Shown piece after piece: positions 9,334 to 17,873 of a stretch of 64,000 nt of DNA (position 1 is the stretch's first letter; every line of letters starts with the position of its first letter). The translations under genes were made by a program, and so were the position numbers. The stretch covers positions 3,307,225-3,371,224 of the forward strand of contig JADJLG010000001.1 in NCBI GenBank assembly GCA_016710235.1, written 5' to 3'. Source of the stretch: Saprospiraceae bacterium. Its GTDB lineage: Bacteria; Bacteroidota; Bacteroidia; Chitinophagales; Saprospiraceae. The notes beneath the pieces are model-generated. The model saw nothing but the letters and a program-made list of their open reading frames with translations, had not been told where the DNA came from and searched no databases.

Positions 9334-10497
9334 TCAAATTTGGCTAGGTTGATTATTGTCCCATTCTTTTAATAATTCAATTATTAGCTTTTGATCATCG
9401 GTGTTTAGATCTGTATAAAGAGGCAATCTCACCAATCCTTTTTCAAAATAATCAGCATTTTTTAAGGCCTTACCTATATAATTTTCTTTAAAGAAGGGGC
9501 TTTGATGCAAACACAGATAATGAAAAGTTGCCTGAACACCATTTTGAATAAAATGTTTTAAGAGTGAATTTCTCGATTCTAAGTTTTCAAGTACTACAAA
9601 GAAAATCGTACCATTATCCCTTGTTTTTTCGGGCAAGCTCCATTTGAGTTTGATTTGATTCCAATTTCTGCTATTGAGTTCTTGGTGGTAAAAAGAAATC
9701 AGTTCCCTCCTTTTGCTCAAGATATCATGGAGTTCATCACATTGAGCCAATAGTACTGCTGCCTGAAGTTCAGATGCTGCAAACGATGAACCGACACTTT
9801 TCCAACTATATTTATCAGCTCCTCCTGACTGAAATTCCCTACGATTAGTCCCCTTTTCATAAATCAGGTCTGCTTTGAATTTAAGGTCAGGTCTATTGAG
9901 CACCAACAATCCTCCCTCACCACAGCTGATAACTTTTGTATCATGAAATGAAAAACATGCAATGTCTCCAATTTTTCCTGCAACACACTCATCTCTACTA
10001 GACCCTAAGGCTTGAGCTGCATCTTCAATTAAAAAAATATTTCGCTCCAGGCATATGGTTTTCAATCCTTTAAAGTCGATTGGAACACCGGCGTAGTGGA
10101 CAACCACAATGGCTTTTGTTTTGGGACTGATTAAATTCTGTACAGACTCAATATCAATATTTGGATGGTCTGAACAACTATCCGCAAAAATCAATTTTGC
10201 CCCTCTGAGTAAAAAAGCATTTGCCGTAGATACAAAAGTATAACTAGGCAATATCACTTCATCACCTTCCTTAATATCAATGAGTATTGCCGCCATTTCC
10301 AAAGCATCTGTACAGCTATTTGTGAAATATGGAAAAGAGTCATGAAAGTAATGTAAAAAGAAATTATCGCATGCCTTACTAAAAACGCCGCCTGATGAGA
10401 AATGACCTGACTTTATCACCTCAGTTAGATATACAAGCTCATTGTGGGCATGGTATCTTTTATTAAATGGAATATTAAGCTTGATGCTTTGCTCCAT
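9334..10497 (-). CDS. DegT/DnrJ/EryC1/StrS-family (WecE-like) sugar aminotransferase
   Basis: PLP-dependent fold with FSFHDTKVISCGEGG (the Schiff-base Lys context) and an N-terminus like TDP-4-oxo-6-deoxyhexose transaminases. Start taken as ATG 10497 (MEQSIKLNIPF). Confidence 0.85.
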   Translation of the reverse strand: MEQSIKLNIPFNKRYHAHNELVYLTEVIKSGHFSSGGVFSKACDNFFLHYFHDSFPYFTNSCTDALEMAAILIDIKEGDEVILPSYTFVSTANAFLLRGAKLIFADSCSDHPNIDIESVQNLISPKTKAIVVVHYAGVPIDFKGLKTICLERNIFLIEDAAQALGSSRDECVAGKIGDIACFSFHDTKVISCGEGGLLVLNRPDLKFKADLIYEKGTNRREFQSGGADKYSWKSVGSSFAASELQAAVLLAQCDELHDILSKRRELISFYHQELNSRNWNQIKLKWSLPEKTRDNGTIFFVVLENLESRNSLLKHFIQNGVQATFHYLCLHQSPFFKENYIGKALKNADYFEKGLVRLPLYTDLNTDDQKLIIELLKEWDNNQPSQI

Positions 10498-10581
10498 GAC
10501 GCAAAGGTAAGTCAAAAATTTTCTAAAAACACTTCATTGCTTTTGCCATACAATTTGGTTTTTCTTGATCTTTGCATTATC

Positions 10582-12072
10582 GTGGATCTGTTCCGAAAGC
10601 AAAGTTTGAGTTGTACCATCATCAATTACATCGGTGTGGCAATAGGTATGTTCAGTACATTATTTATTTATCCACGCGATTTAGCCCTATATGGTATTTA
10701 TGGATTTCTCACCAATACTGCTTCAATTCTCACACCCATTGTTAGCCTGGGATTTGGGGTGGTACTATTAAAATACTTTCCTTACTTTAAAGCGGTGAGC
10801 AGTTCAAAATCTCGATTAGTGAGCTTTGTCATATGCGGTTATACTGTAGGTATTGTGTTCTTTATTGCAGCTTTCTACCTTCTCTATCCCTCAATCATCA
10901 CCTATCAGATGTCCTTAAATCAGTCTATAGTCCCATTTCTGATCTTTATACCGGCCTTTACTGTATTATATGTAATATATGATGTAGTTCAGGTGTATAG
11001 CTTAGCTCATTTCAAAATGATATTTCCTACCTTTTTGGCAAATCTCATTAAAATAATACTACCTGTATTATTCTTTTGTGTTATTAAAGGTTGGATCAAC
11101 TCAAATCAATTTATTCAAGCTTTGTGTATACATTATATATGCATCATAATGGCACTAGGCCTTTCACTTTGGTATTCAGGAGATATGATCGAAGGACTGG
11201 ATTCAAGCTTCCTAAAATTACCTGATATGAAAGAGATGATTCGTTTTGCAATGTATAGTATTTTAGGTGGTACGAGTGCAGTCATCGCATTACGCATAGA
11301 TTCAATGATGGTGACTTCATATCTCGGGACAGAGGCAAATGGTACATTTGCTTTAGCGGCTTTCATCAGCAATGCTGCCTATATTCCTGCATCAGCCATA
11401 TCTGACATTCTCAATCCGCGCATTGCCCACATTTTAAAAGAAGATGACCGCGATCAACTCAAAAAAACCTATAAGATCTCCATGATAAATATGCTGATCC
11501 CCACTCTTTTTCTAGCAGGTTGTGTCATTTTGGGTTTTGAATCTTTGAGTAAAATAATGCCACAATCAGAGAAAGTATTACTGGCATTTTCATCTCTGGT
11601 TTTTCTTCTTTTTGCCAGGATAGTAGATGCTTCAACTGGAGTAAATAACCATATTCTTTCTTATTCAAAATATTACAAAATCGAAATGGTTTTGATGCTC
11701 TTCATGGCGATGATCAACGTTGGCTTGAACACCTTGCTTATTCCAAAATATGGGATGATGGGTGCTGCTATAGCGACTTTTGTTTCGGTCGCAGGATTCA
11801 ATATTTGTAAAACAACCATTGTGTTAATCAAATTGGGAAGTCAACCTTTTGATATGAAGTGGGTAGAATTAATTTCCATCGCTACCCTATCATTTTTGGC
11901 CGCATTAAGTTTACCAAAGATAGAATCTCCTCTCTATCAAATCATTTTTAGTAGTGTAAGCTTTGCAATCATTTATATTACGTTGATCCTATGGAGGAAG
12001 ATTTCTCCTCAATTGAATAACTTCCTATTTAGAGATTTAGAAAAATTTACGCATTTTAACTCAAAATCGTAA
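10582..12072 (+). CDS. polysaccharide/O-antigen flippase (MOP/Wzx superfamily)
   Basis: About 12 predicted TM helices with the typical Wzx layout. The ORF-track start (10444) overlaps the DegT gene. GTG 10582 (VDLFRKQSLSCTIINYIGVAIG) resembles usual N-termini for this family. Confidence 0.7.
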   Translation: MDLFRKQSLSCTIINYIGVAIGMFSTLFIYPRDLALYGIYGFLTNTASILTPIVSLGFGVVLLKYFPYFKAVSSSKSRLVSFVICGYTVGIVFFIAAFYLLYPSIITYQMSLNQSIVPFLIFIPAFTVLYVIYDVVQVYSLAHFKMIFPTFLANLIKIILPVLFFCVIKGWINSNQFIQALCIHYICIIMALGLSLWYSGDMIEGLDSSFLKLPDMKEMIRFAMYSILGGTSAVIALRIDSMMVTSYLGTEANGTFALAAFISNAAYIPASAISDILNPRIAHILKEDDRDQLKKTYKISMINMLIPTLFLAGCVILGFESLSKIMPQSEKVLLAFSSLVFLLFARIVDASTGVNNHILSYSKYYKIEMVLMLFMAMINVGLNTLLIPKYGMMGAAIATFVSVAGFNICKTTIVLIKLGSQPFDMKWVELISIATLSFLAALSLPKIESPLYQIIFSSVSFAIIYITLILWRKISPQLNNFLFRDLEKFTHFNSKS

Positions 12073-12121
12073 GCACATAGGGTGTTTTTACTAAAATCCC
12101 TTATTTTTACTTAAAAAAAAG

Positions 12122-12577
12122 GTGAGATCTGGTGCGCTGAATGTTGAAGCTTATTTTGAGCAAATTCCAGAAGACAGAAAAACAGTGATGAAGAAACTGC
12201 ACAATAGGATTTTAAAAAATTTACCAAAGGGTTTCATCGGAAAAATGAATTATGGAATGGTCGGATATGTGGTACCAGTCAGTATTTACCCTACTGATTA
12301 TCATTGTGACCCAAAGCTTCCGCTGCCTTTTGTGTCTTTATCTTCTCAAAAAAACTTCGTTGCAATATACAATATGGGATTATACGTTGCTCAAAAATTG
12401 ATGGATTGGTTTCTCCTAGTGTACAAAAAGTACAGCATTAAAAAGCCTGATATAGGAAAAAGTTGTATCAGGTTCAAAAATTTAAATGCTCTTCCTTTCG
12501 ATTTGATCGCTGATCTGTGTGGAAAAGTGACTGCAGACCAATGGAATCAATTGTATGAATCCGCTTTGAAGAAATAA
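12122..12577 (+). CDS. DUF1801 (YdhG-like) domain protein
   Basis: 151 aa. VEAYFEQIPEDRKTVMKKLHNRI...SSQKNFVAIY resembles DUF1801 proteins. GTG start. Confidence 0.55.
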   Translation: MRSGALNVEAYFEQIPEDRKTVMKKLHNRILKNLPKGFIGKMNYGMVGYVVPVSIYPTDYHCDPKLPLPFVSLSSQKNFVAIYNMGLYVAQKLMDWFLLVYKKYSIKKPDIGKSCIRFKNLNALPFDLIADLCGKVTADQWNQLYESALKK

Positions 12578-12623
12578 CAAATCATTAGAATATAGCTTAT
12601 ATTTGGCAATTACGAATCCCTGA

Positions 12624-14705
12624 ATGAAATTTTCAACATTTTATCAGCTCTATTTTCCTTGGCTCACCAAATGGATGTGCTATTGCCTATTCCAATTCGC
12701 TTTTTCCTCCAATTTGTATGCTCAGATCCCAGACCAGATAAACCAATTTGACGAAAACTCGATTAAAGCTCAAAGTGAGCAAACAGAGTATACTATCCTC
12801 TTATCAGATCTGGCGGAAAATCCTATTGATGTCGAATTGCTTAATGAAAGCTGGATGAGCATATTTGATTGGTTCTCGGAAGAAGAAAAAACAATAATTT
12901 TAAGTTTTATAGCAAAAAACAAACCATTGTTGTCGAAGTATGAATTACAAGTGATTACAAGCGTTCCGCTGGATAAAATCCGGAAACTAATGCCTTATAT
13001 AACAATAAACACTAACGCCCTATACAAAAGGAGTTGGAAAGAATTATTTCAACAAGATGCCTCAAGGCTGGTCTTGCGAATTGGTAAATCATTAGATAAA
13101 GAATCTGCATTCAATCTAGCCGACAGTTTGCCTGGGGCATATGTGGGAGACGAGTTGAAAGCCTTTATGCAGTTCAAATATGCTCTCCCTGGAAAACTAT
13201 CATATGGATTTCATTTGGAAAAAGATCCTGGAGAAAAATGGTGGGGTTACCGGAATACCGGTGTGGACTTCTTGAGCGCTCATTTGTTCATTGACAAACT
13301 TTACAAATCAAAAATCAAATTGGCAATAGGTGATTATGCGATTAGAATAGGACAAGGATTACTATTGGACAATTTGTTTAGCTCAGGGAGGACAACAAGT
13401 TTTGGGAGTTGGATTAAAACTCCGTTAGATTTAAAACCATACAGTTCATTACAAGAAGGCAATATGTTGAGAGGCCTTGCTTTGAAAGCAAGGATTAAGC
13501 GAAGAATCCAATTATTGACCTACGGATCAAGATTACTCGCTGATGCAAGCGTAGTCACACAAGATCTAACTACAATCGAAGATGTACCATCGATCAGGGA
13601 ATTCACTTCAATCAATCAAAGTGGCTTGCATAGAACAAAAAAAGAAATTTCTAATCGACAAAATATTACGTTACAGTATCTGGGTGCTTCCTTACAGTAT
13701 AAACTACCAAAAGGTCATATTGGTGTTAATTTACTCAATCAATTCACAAATTATTCCTTCACAAGAGAATACAGGATTGATCTGGCATTTGTCGATCAGG
13801 ACAAACATTCACATTTTGGATCTTGCGATTATACCTATTCATGGAGGAACATAAGCAGTTTTGGGGAACTTGCTATCGACGATAAATTACATCCTGCATC
13901 GCTTATTGGGATTGTCATCGCATTAGGTAAGAATGCAGAATTGATAAGTGCCTACCGGAATTTCCATCCTGGTTTTTACAGTTTAATGTCCAACACCCTT
14001 TCAATTTCTGGTACAAGCAGAAATGAGAAAGGGATCATGGGTGGACTTTCGGTAAGAATAAATCCTAGACTTCAATTATCAGTACTTACAGATACCTGGT
14101 CATTTCCATGGCTCAAGTATCAAACTGAAAGTCTTACAAGTGGAAATGAAATACAAATCAAAGCACACTATCAGGTTCGCAAAAAATGGCTAACTTATTT
14201 TCAGTACAGCCAAAGAGAAAATACAGTGCAGTCCAGCACAAACGAATTTGAATCACCGATAGGTTTTGAAAAACTCAAAAGCTTTAGACAACACTTTGAG
14301 TTCATTCTTAATAGAAACTGGACCCTGCGTCAAAGATTGGAATTTAAAAAATCGGAAACAACAGAGGAGCTTGCGCGGGGTTATTTGGCTTATTTTGATT
14401 TACTGTACAGGAATATCGAAGCTCCTGTTTCTTTCAATTTCAGGACTGGAATTTATGATTCACCTTCCTACAATACCCGTATTTATGCTTTTGAAAATGA
14501 TCTGTTATACCAATTTTCCATTCCGGCATATTATGGAAAGGGTATTGTTTTTTACCTAAATGTGAGAGCTAAACTACTTTCAAAAATTACAATTGAAGGC
14601 AGATACTCTCTTAAATTTTCAACAATAAACACTTTTAGTACCCGACTGGCTACTCCAGAAAAGTATCAGCAAGATATTAAGTTCCTATTCAGATATCAAT
14701 TTTGA
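12624..14705 (+). CDS. predicted outer-membrane beta-barrel protein with an N-terminal ComEA-like helix-hairpin-helix module
   Basis: Signal peptide ending SSNLYAQ. N-terminal DLAENPIDVELLNESWMSIFDWFSEEEKTIILSFIAKNKPLLSKYELQVITSVPLDKIRKLMPYITI resembles ComEA HhH repeats. The remaining ~550 aa have alternating beta-strand-like sequence and a C-terminal aromatic residue (FRYQF). Confidence 0.55.
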   Translation: MKFSTFYQLYFPWLTKWMCYCLFQFAFSSNLYAQIPDQINQFDENSIKAQSEQTEYTILLSDLAENPIDVELLNESWMSIFDWFSEEEKTIILSFIAKNKPLLSKYELQVITSVPLDKIRKLMPYITINTNALYKRSWKELFQQDASRLVLRIGKSLDKESAFNLADSLPGAYVGDELKAFMQFKYALPGKLSYGFHLEKDPGEKWWGYRNTGVDFLSAHLFIDKLYKSKIKLAIGDYAIRIGQGLLLDNLFSSGRTTSFGSWIKTPLDLKPYSSLQEGNMLRGLALKARIKRRIQLLTYGSRLLADASVVTQDLTTIEDVPSIREFTSINQSGLHRTKKEISNRQNITLQYLGASLQYKLPKGHIGVNLLNQFTNYSFTREYRIDLAFVDQDKHSHFGSCDYTYSWRNISSFGELAIDDKLHPASLIGIVIALGKNAELISAYRNFHPGFYSLMSNTLSISGTSRNEKGIMGGLSVRINPRLQLSVLTDTWSFPWLKYQTESLTSGNEIQIKAHYQVRKKWLTYFQYSQRENTVQSSTNEFESPIGFEKLKSFRQHFEFILNRNWTLRQRLEFKKSETTEELARGYLAYFDLLYRNIEAPVSFNFRTGIYDSPSYNTRIYAFENDLLYQFSIPAYYGKGIVFYLNVRAKLLSKITIEGRYSLKFSTINTFSTRLATPEKYQQDIKFLFRYQF

Positions 14706-14850
14706 GAAATTTGATCAAAGAATAGACTCTTTCAATCGTTAATTGATTGCTAACAAGTGCTAAAATTTGAAATTATAATTACTTCAAGAGAAAAAATGTA
14801 ATGTTATTTGATTTTTTTAGTCATAACTAGTAAAAAAATATTAATTTTTA

Positions 14851-14880
14851 TTTGCATATATCAATTTTATCATACCTTTG
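14851..14880 (+). promoter_or_regulatory. candidate Bacteroidota sigma-A promoter (-33 TTTG / -7 TAnnTTTG)
   Basis: TTTG at 14851-14854 and TAccTTTG at 14873-14880, with an 18-nt spacer. It sits in an AT-rich gap about 65 nt upstream of the 14945 ATG. Confidence 0.3.
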
Positions 14881-14944
14881 GTATGAAAATTGTATTTCAA
14901 TTTCATTGAATTAAATCTAAATTCGTTAACTAAACAAATTCAAC

Positions 14945-15679
14945 ATGGCAAAAGCAAGTTCAACAGCTAAAAAAACAACAGCTAAAAAAACTGCTAAAAA
15001 AGCGACGGCTAAGAAAACCGCCACTAAAAAAACTGCTGCAAAGAAAACAACTGCTGCAAAACCTGCAGCTAAGAAAAAAGTAGGCAGACCAGCAGCTAAG
15101 AAAACTACTGTAGCTAAACCTGCAGCTAAGAAAAAAGTAGGCAGACCAGCAGCTAAGAAAACTACCGCAGCTAAACCTACAGCTAAGAAAAAAGTAGGCA
15201 GACCAGCAGCTAAGAAAACTACTGCAGCTAAACCTGCTGCTAAGAAAAAAGTGGGCAGACCAGCAGCTAAGAAAACTGCCGCAGCTAAACCTGCAGCTAA
15301 ATCTGCTACTAAAAAAGCAACTGCTAAAAAAGCGGCTAAACCTGCAGCTAAATCTGCTACTAAAAAAGCAACTGCTAAAAAGGCGGCTAAACCTGCAGCT
15401 AAATCTGCTACTAAAAAAGCAACTGCTAAAAAAGCAGCTAAACCTGCAGCTAAATCTGCTACTAAAAAAGCAACTGCTAAAAAAGCAGCTAAACCTGCAG
15501 CTAAATCTGCTACTAAAAAAGCAACTGCTAAAAAAGCAGCTAAACCTGCAGCTAAATCTGCTACTAAAAAAGCAACTGCTAAAAAAGCGGCTAAACCTGC
15601 AGCTCGTAGGGGTAGAAAAAAAGCAACTCCAGCTCCAGAGGTTATGGCACCAATGCCGGAGACTACTAGTGAAGCATAA
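14945..15679 (+). CDS. histone-H1-like Lys/Ala-rich repetitive DNA-binding protein with AT-hook-like GRP motifs
   Basis: 244 aa, almost entirely K/A/T/P. Contains 4 x KPAAKKKVGRPAAKKTT(A/V)A, 6 x KPAAKSATKKATAKKAA and a C-terminal RRGRKKA. Composition resembles AlgP/Hc1/BpH-type bacterial H1-like proteins. Confidence 0.75.
   Translation: MAKASSTAKKTTAKKTAKKATAKKTATKKTAAKKTTAAKPAAKKKVGRPAAKKTTVAKPAAKKKVGRPAAKKTTAAKPTAKKKVGRPAAKKTTAAKPAAKKKVGRPAAKKTAAAKPAAKSATKKATAKKAAKPAAKSATKKATAKKAAKPAAKSATKKATAKKAAKPAAKSATKKATAKKAAKPAAKSATKKATAKKAAKPAAKSATKKATAKKAAKPAARRGRKKATPAPEVMAPMPETTSEA
15059..15286 (+). repeat. in-frame tandem repeat, 57-nt unit x 4
   Basis: Unit aaacctgcagctaagaaaaaagtaggcagaccagcagctaagaaaactactgtagct repeats at 15059, 15116, 15173 and 15230, with only a few substitutions. 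Confidence 0.9.
15287..15604 (+). repeat. in-frame tandem repeat, 51-nt unit x 6 plus a partial seventh copy
   Basis: Unit aaacctgcagctaaatctgctactaaaaaagcaactgctaaaaaagcggct starts at 15287, 15338, 15389, 15440, 15491 and 15542. Copies differ only at two synonymous positions (aaaaaagcggct / aaaaaggcggct / aaaaaagcagct). Confidence 0.9.
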
Positions 15680-15702
15680 AAAAGTTGCTTAGAAAAATTA
15701 GA

Positions 15703-15738
15703 AGCTCTACTGATTTATATTAGTGGAGCTTTTTTTTT
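15703..15738 (+). terminator. rho-independent terminator
   Basis: AGCTCTACT (15703-15711) pairs with AGTGGAGCT (15722-15730), giving 9 bp with one G-U pair. A T8 run follows. It lies between convergent genes. Confidence 0.7.
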
Positions 15739-15741
15739 GCA

Positions 15742-17013
15742 TCAATCCACTTTCAGATCTTTAGCCAAATCTCGGAATATTTGGAGACACTGCTCTACAG
15801 AAAAATTTGATTCAGGAACTATCTCAGGGTAACATTTTTTCAGAAATTCAACCGATTGCCCAAAGACCTCAACTTGAGGATAAGCCATTTGATTTGCTCT
15901 GTGCAACCACTTCATCAATTCGAAAGCATTAAATTTTGCTAATATTCTTTGCTTGAAGGAATACATATCAGAGGTATTCTTTTCTGATTCCTCCCACTTC
16001 TCTTGTAACTTTCTTTCCACAAAAAAAAATCCTAAGTCAGTATCAAGTTCATTTAGTTGATATAAAAACTGAGCCCAGTTACGAACAGTATGCATCACTT
16101 TTACCGCAAGACAGAACTTTTGGATTGCCTCATAACTATAGGTCTGAAAGTTCTGATTATTCAAAATAATTTGGTTTACTGCCTTGCCTGTACCAAAAGG
16201 AACACGATTTGATTTTCGTGAAGAAGGGAAAACCAATGCTTTTTTTAACTCGCCCAACTTGCCAATTTCCGAATACTTGTGTAAAAAATAAAAGTCTTCT
16301 CCAGCTTTTTTTCTATTCATTCCCCCCATTCGACAATAAGCATCCACTCTTACCGCCATTGCTGAACCAATCGTTTGAAAAGCAAAAGGATAAGAATAAT
16401 ATTTTTGAACTTCGATATAATATCTTAAATGTAATTCATACAAGATTATTGCCTTTCTTTCTTCAACATCAGTGCAAGATTCCAATTGATGCTCAAAACC
16501 AATGCTTAGGGCATCTTTATCGCGATGGGTATTAAAATAATCCACCACACTTGAAACTAAGGATGTATCGCATGTACAGTCAGCATCAAAACAAATGATA
16601 ATGCCATCCAATCTGCCATTATCATACAACAATCTTACTGCTTCATCCATCCCCGTTTTTCTAGCCCAGCCGACACCTGCATGTTTATGATCAAATTCCA
16701 CAGGACCGATTATATGAACATTTGAATTGTGGCGATTTGAATAATCACACCTCAAATCATGACTTTGAATCTCATGTCGAAACTTCAACTCGTCAAGATC
16801 TGCGACAGAATGATTGATCACCACTATGATTTCAAAATAAGGGTACGAATCAAAACAGTTCAGTATCGAATTAATGGAATCCTTAAGTCGATCCTCACAA
16901 TAAGCAGGTATCACAACTATCACGTAGGTATCCTTTCGCAACTTTTTACTTGCAAATGAAGGAAACATGATGTGCTTCTCCATATATCTTTGCAAAACAA
17001 ACTCATTGGACAT
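15742..17013 (-). CDS. family-2 glycosyltransferase
   Basis: VIVVIPAYCEDRLKDSINSIL...FEIIVVINHS...IICFDADC is the GT-A fold with a DxD-like motif. Confidence 0.75.
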   Translation of the reverse strand: MSNEFVLQRYMEKHIMFPSFASKKLRKDTYVIVVIPAYCEDRLKDSINSILNCFDSYPYFEIIVVINHSVADLDELKFRHEIQSHDLRCDYSNRHNSNVHIIGPVEFDHKHAGVGWARKTGMDEAVRLLYDNGRLDGIIICFDADCTCDTSLVSSVVDYFNTHRDKDALSIGFEHQLESCTDVEERKAIILYELHLRYYIEVQKYYSYPFAFQTIGSAMAVRVDAYCRMGGMNRKKAGEDFYFLHKYSEIGKLGELKKALVFPSSRKSNRVPFGTGKAVNQIILNNQNFQTYSYEAIQKFCLAVKVMHTVRNWAQFLYQLNELDTDLGFFFVERKLQEKWEESEKNTSDMYSFKQRILAKFNAFELMKWLHRANQMAYPQVEVFGQSVEFLKKCYPEIVPESNFSVEQCLQIFRDLAKDLKVD

Positions 17014-17654
17014 TGAATTCGAAAGATAATCAAATCCTTCTCATCGAGAGCATGCTGTTCCCCCCCGTTGTAGTCATGTCTCACATTTCGCATTATCAAA
17101 CTATCGTATTAGAAGCTCGTGAAAACTATCAGAAGAAAAGTTATCGCAATCGTTTTGAGTTGGGTTCAGTGCAAGGGCCAATTTCATTATCTGTGCCTTT
17201 AGTCAAAGGCAAGCATCAGCAACAAGTGATCACTGAAACAAAAATATGTTACTCTGAAAACTGGACAAGATCTCATCTCAGAACGATTCAATCCTTATAC
17301 AGCAACTCGGCTTATTATATACATTATATCGATGAAATAAAATTTATTTTAAACAGAATGACTGAATCCCTATTTGACTTGAATTATAAAACACTGGAAT
17401 ATTTGATCTCCGTTTGCAACATCAGAGCAAGACTTGAAGAAAGTATTGAATACCAGAAAAAACCGGAGGGCATTGTCGACTTAAGAAATGAATTTAAGCC
17501 TTTTCAGCGAATTGATCTTCCGGAATACTACCAATTGTGGCAACCCCAGCATTCATTTTTAAGCAACCTTAGTATATTGGATGTACTTTTCCATATGGGG
17601 CCTGACACGCCACATTATCTGGAAGAAGTTTATCAATGTTTAATAAAAAAATGA
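17013..17654 (+). CDS. WbqC-family protein
   Basis: LLIESMLFPPV...LEARENYQKKSYRNRFELGSVQGPISLSVPL...NLSILDVLFHMG fits WbqC-like proteins. The start is uncertain (TTG 17013 or ATG 17052). Confidence 0.7.
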   Translation: MNSKDNQILLIESMLFPPVVVMSHISHYQTIVLEARENYQKKSYRNRFELGSVQGPISLSVPLVKGKHQQQVITETKICYSENWTRSHLRTIQSLYSNSAYYIHYIDEIKFILNRMTESLFDLNYKTLEYLISVCNIRARLEESIEYQKKPEGIVDLRNEFKPFQRIDLPEYYQLWQPQHSFLSNLSILDVLFHMGPDTPHYLEEVYQCLIKK

Positions 17655-17660
17655 GTAAAA

Positions 17661-17867
17661 TCACTCTTCATCATTTTCCAAAGACTTCAATTCATTCTCC
17701 AACATTCGAAGTTGGATTCTACATTGACTTACGAGTTCTTTAGATTTGGCTACCAGACCCGTAACTTCGTCTATATTTACTTGCTCATTTTGTAGTCTTG
17801 AATTGATGCTTCTGAGCTCGTCTAAAGCTTTTTGATAACTATTATATTTCTTTGACTTTTGTGCCAT
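17661..17867 (-). CDS. xseB: exodeoxyribonuclease VII small subunit
   Basis: 68-aa helical protein (YQKALDELRSINSRLQNEQVNIDE) lying immediately downstream of xseA. Confidence 0.85.
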   Translation of the reverse strand: MAQKSKKYNSYQKALDELRSINSRLQNEQVNIDEVTGLVAKSKELVSQCRIQLRMLENELKSLENDEE

Positions 17868-17873
17868 TTTAGT

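Noticed and set aside
15059-15604. Regularly spaced direct repeats that could superficially look like a CRISPR array.
   Set aside because: The repeats are contiguous with no unique spacers, are in frame, and encode the K/A-rich repeats of the H1-like protein. No cas genes are nearby.
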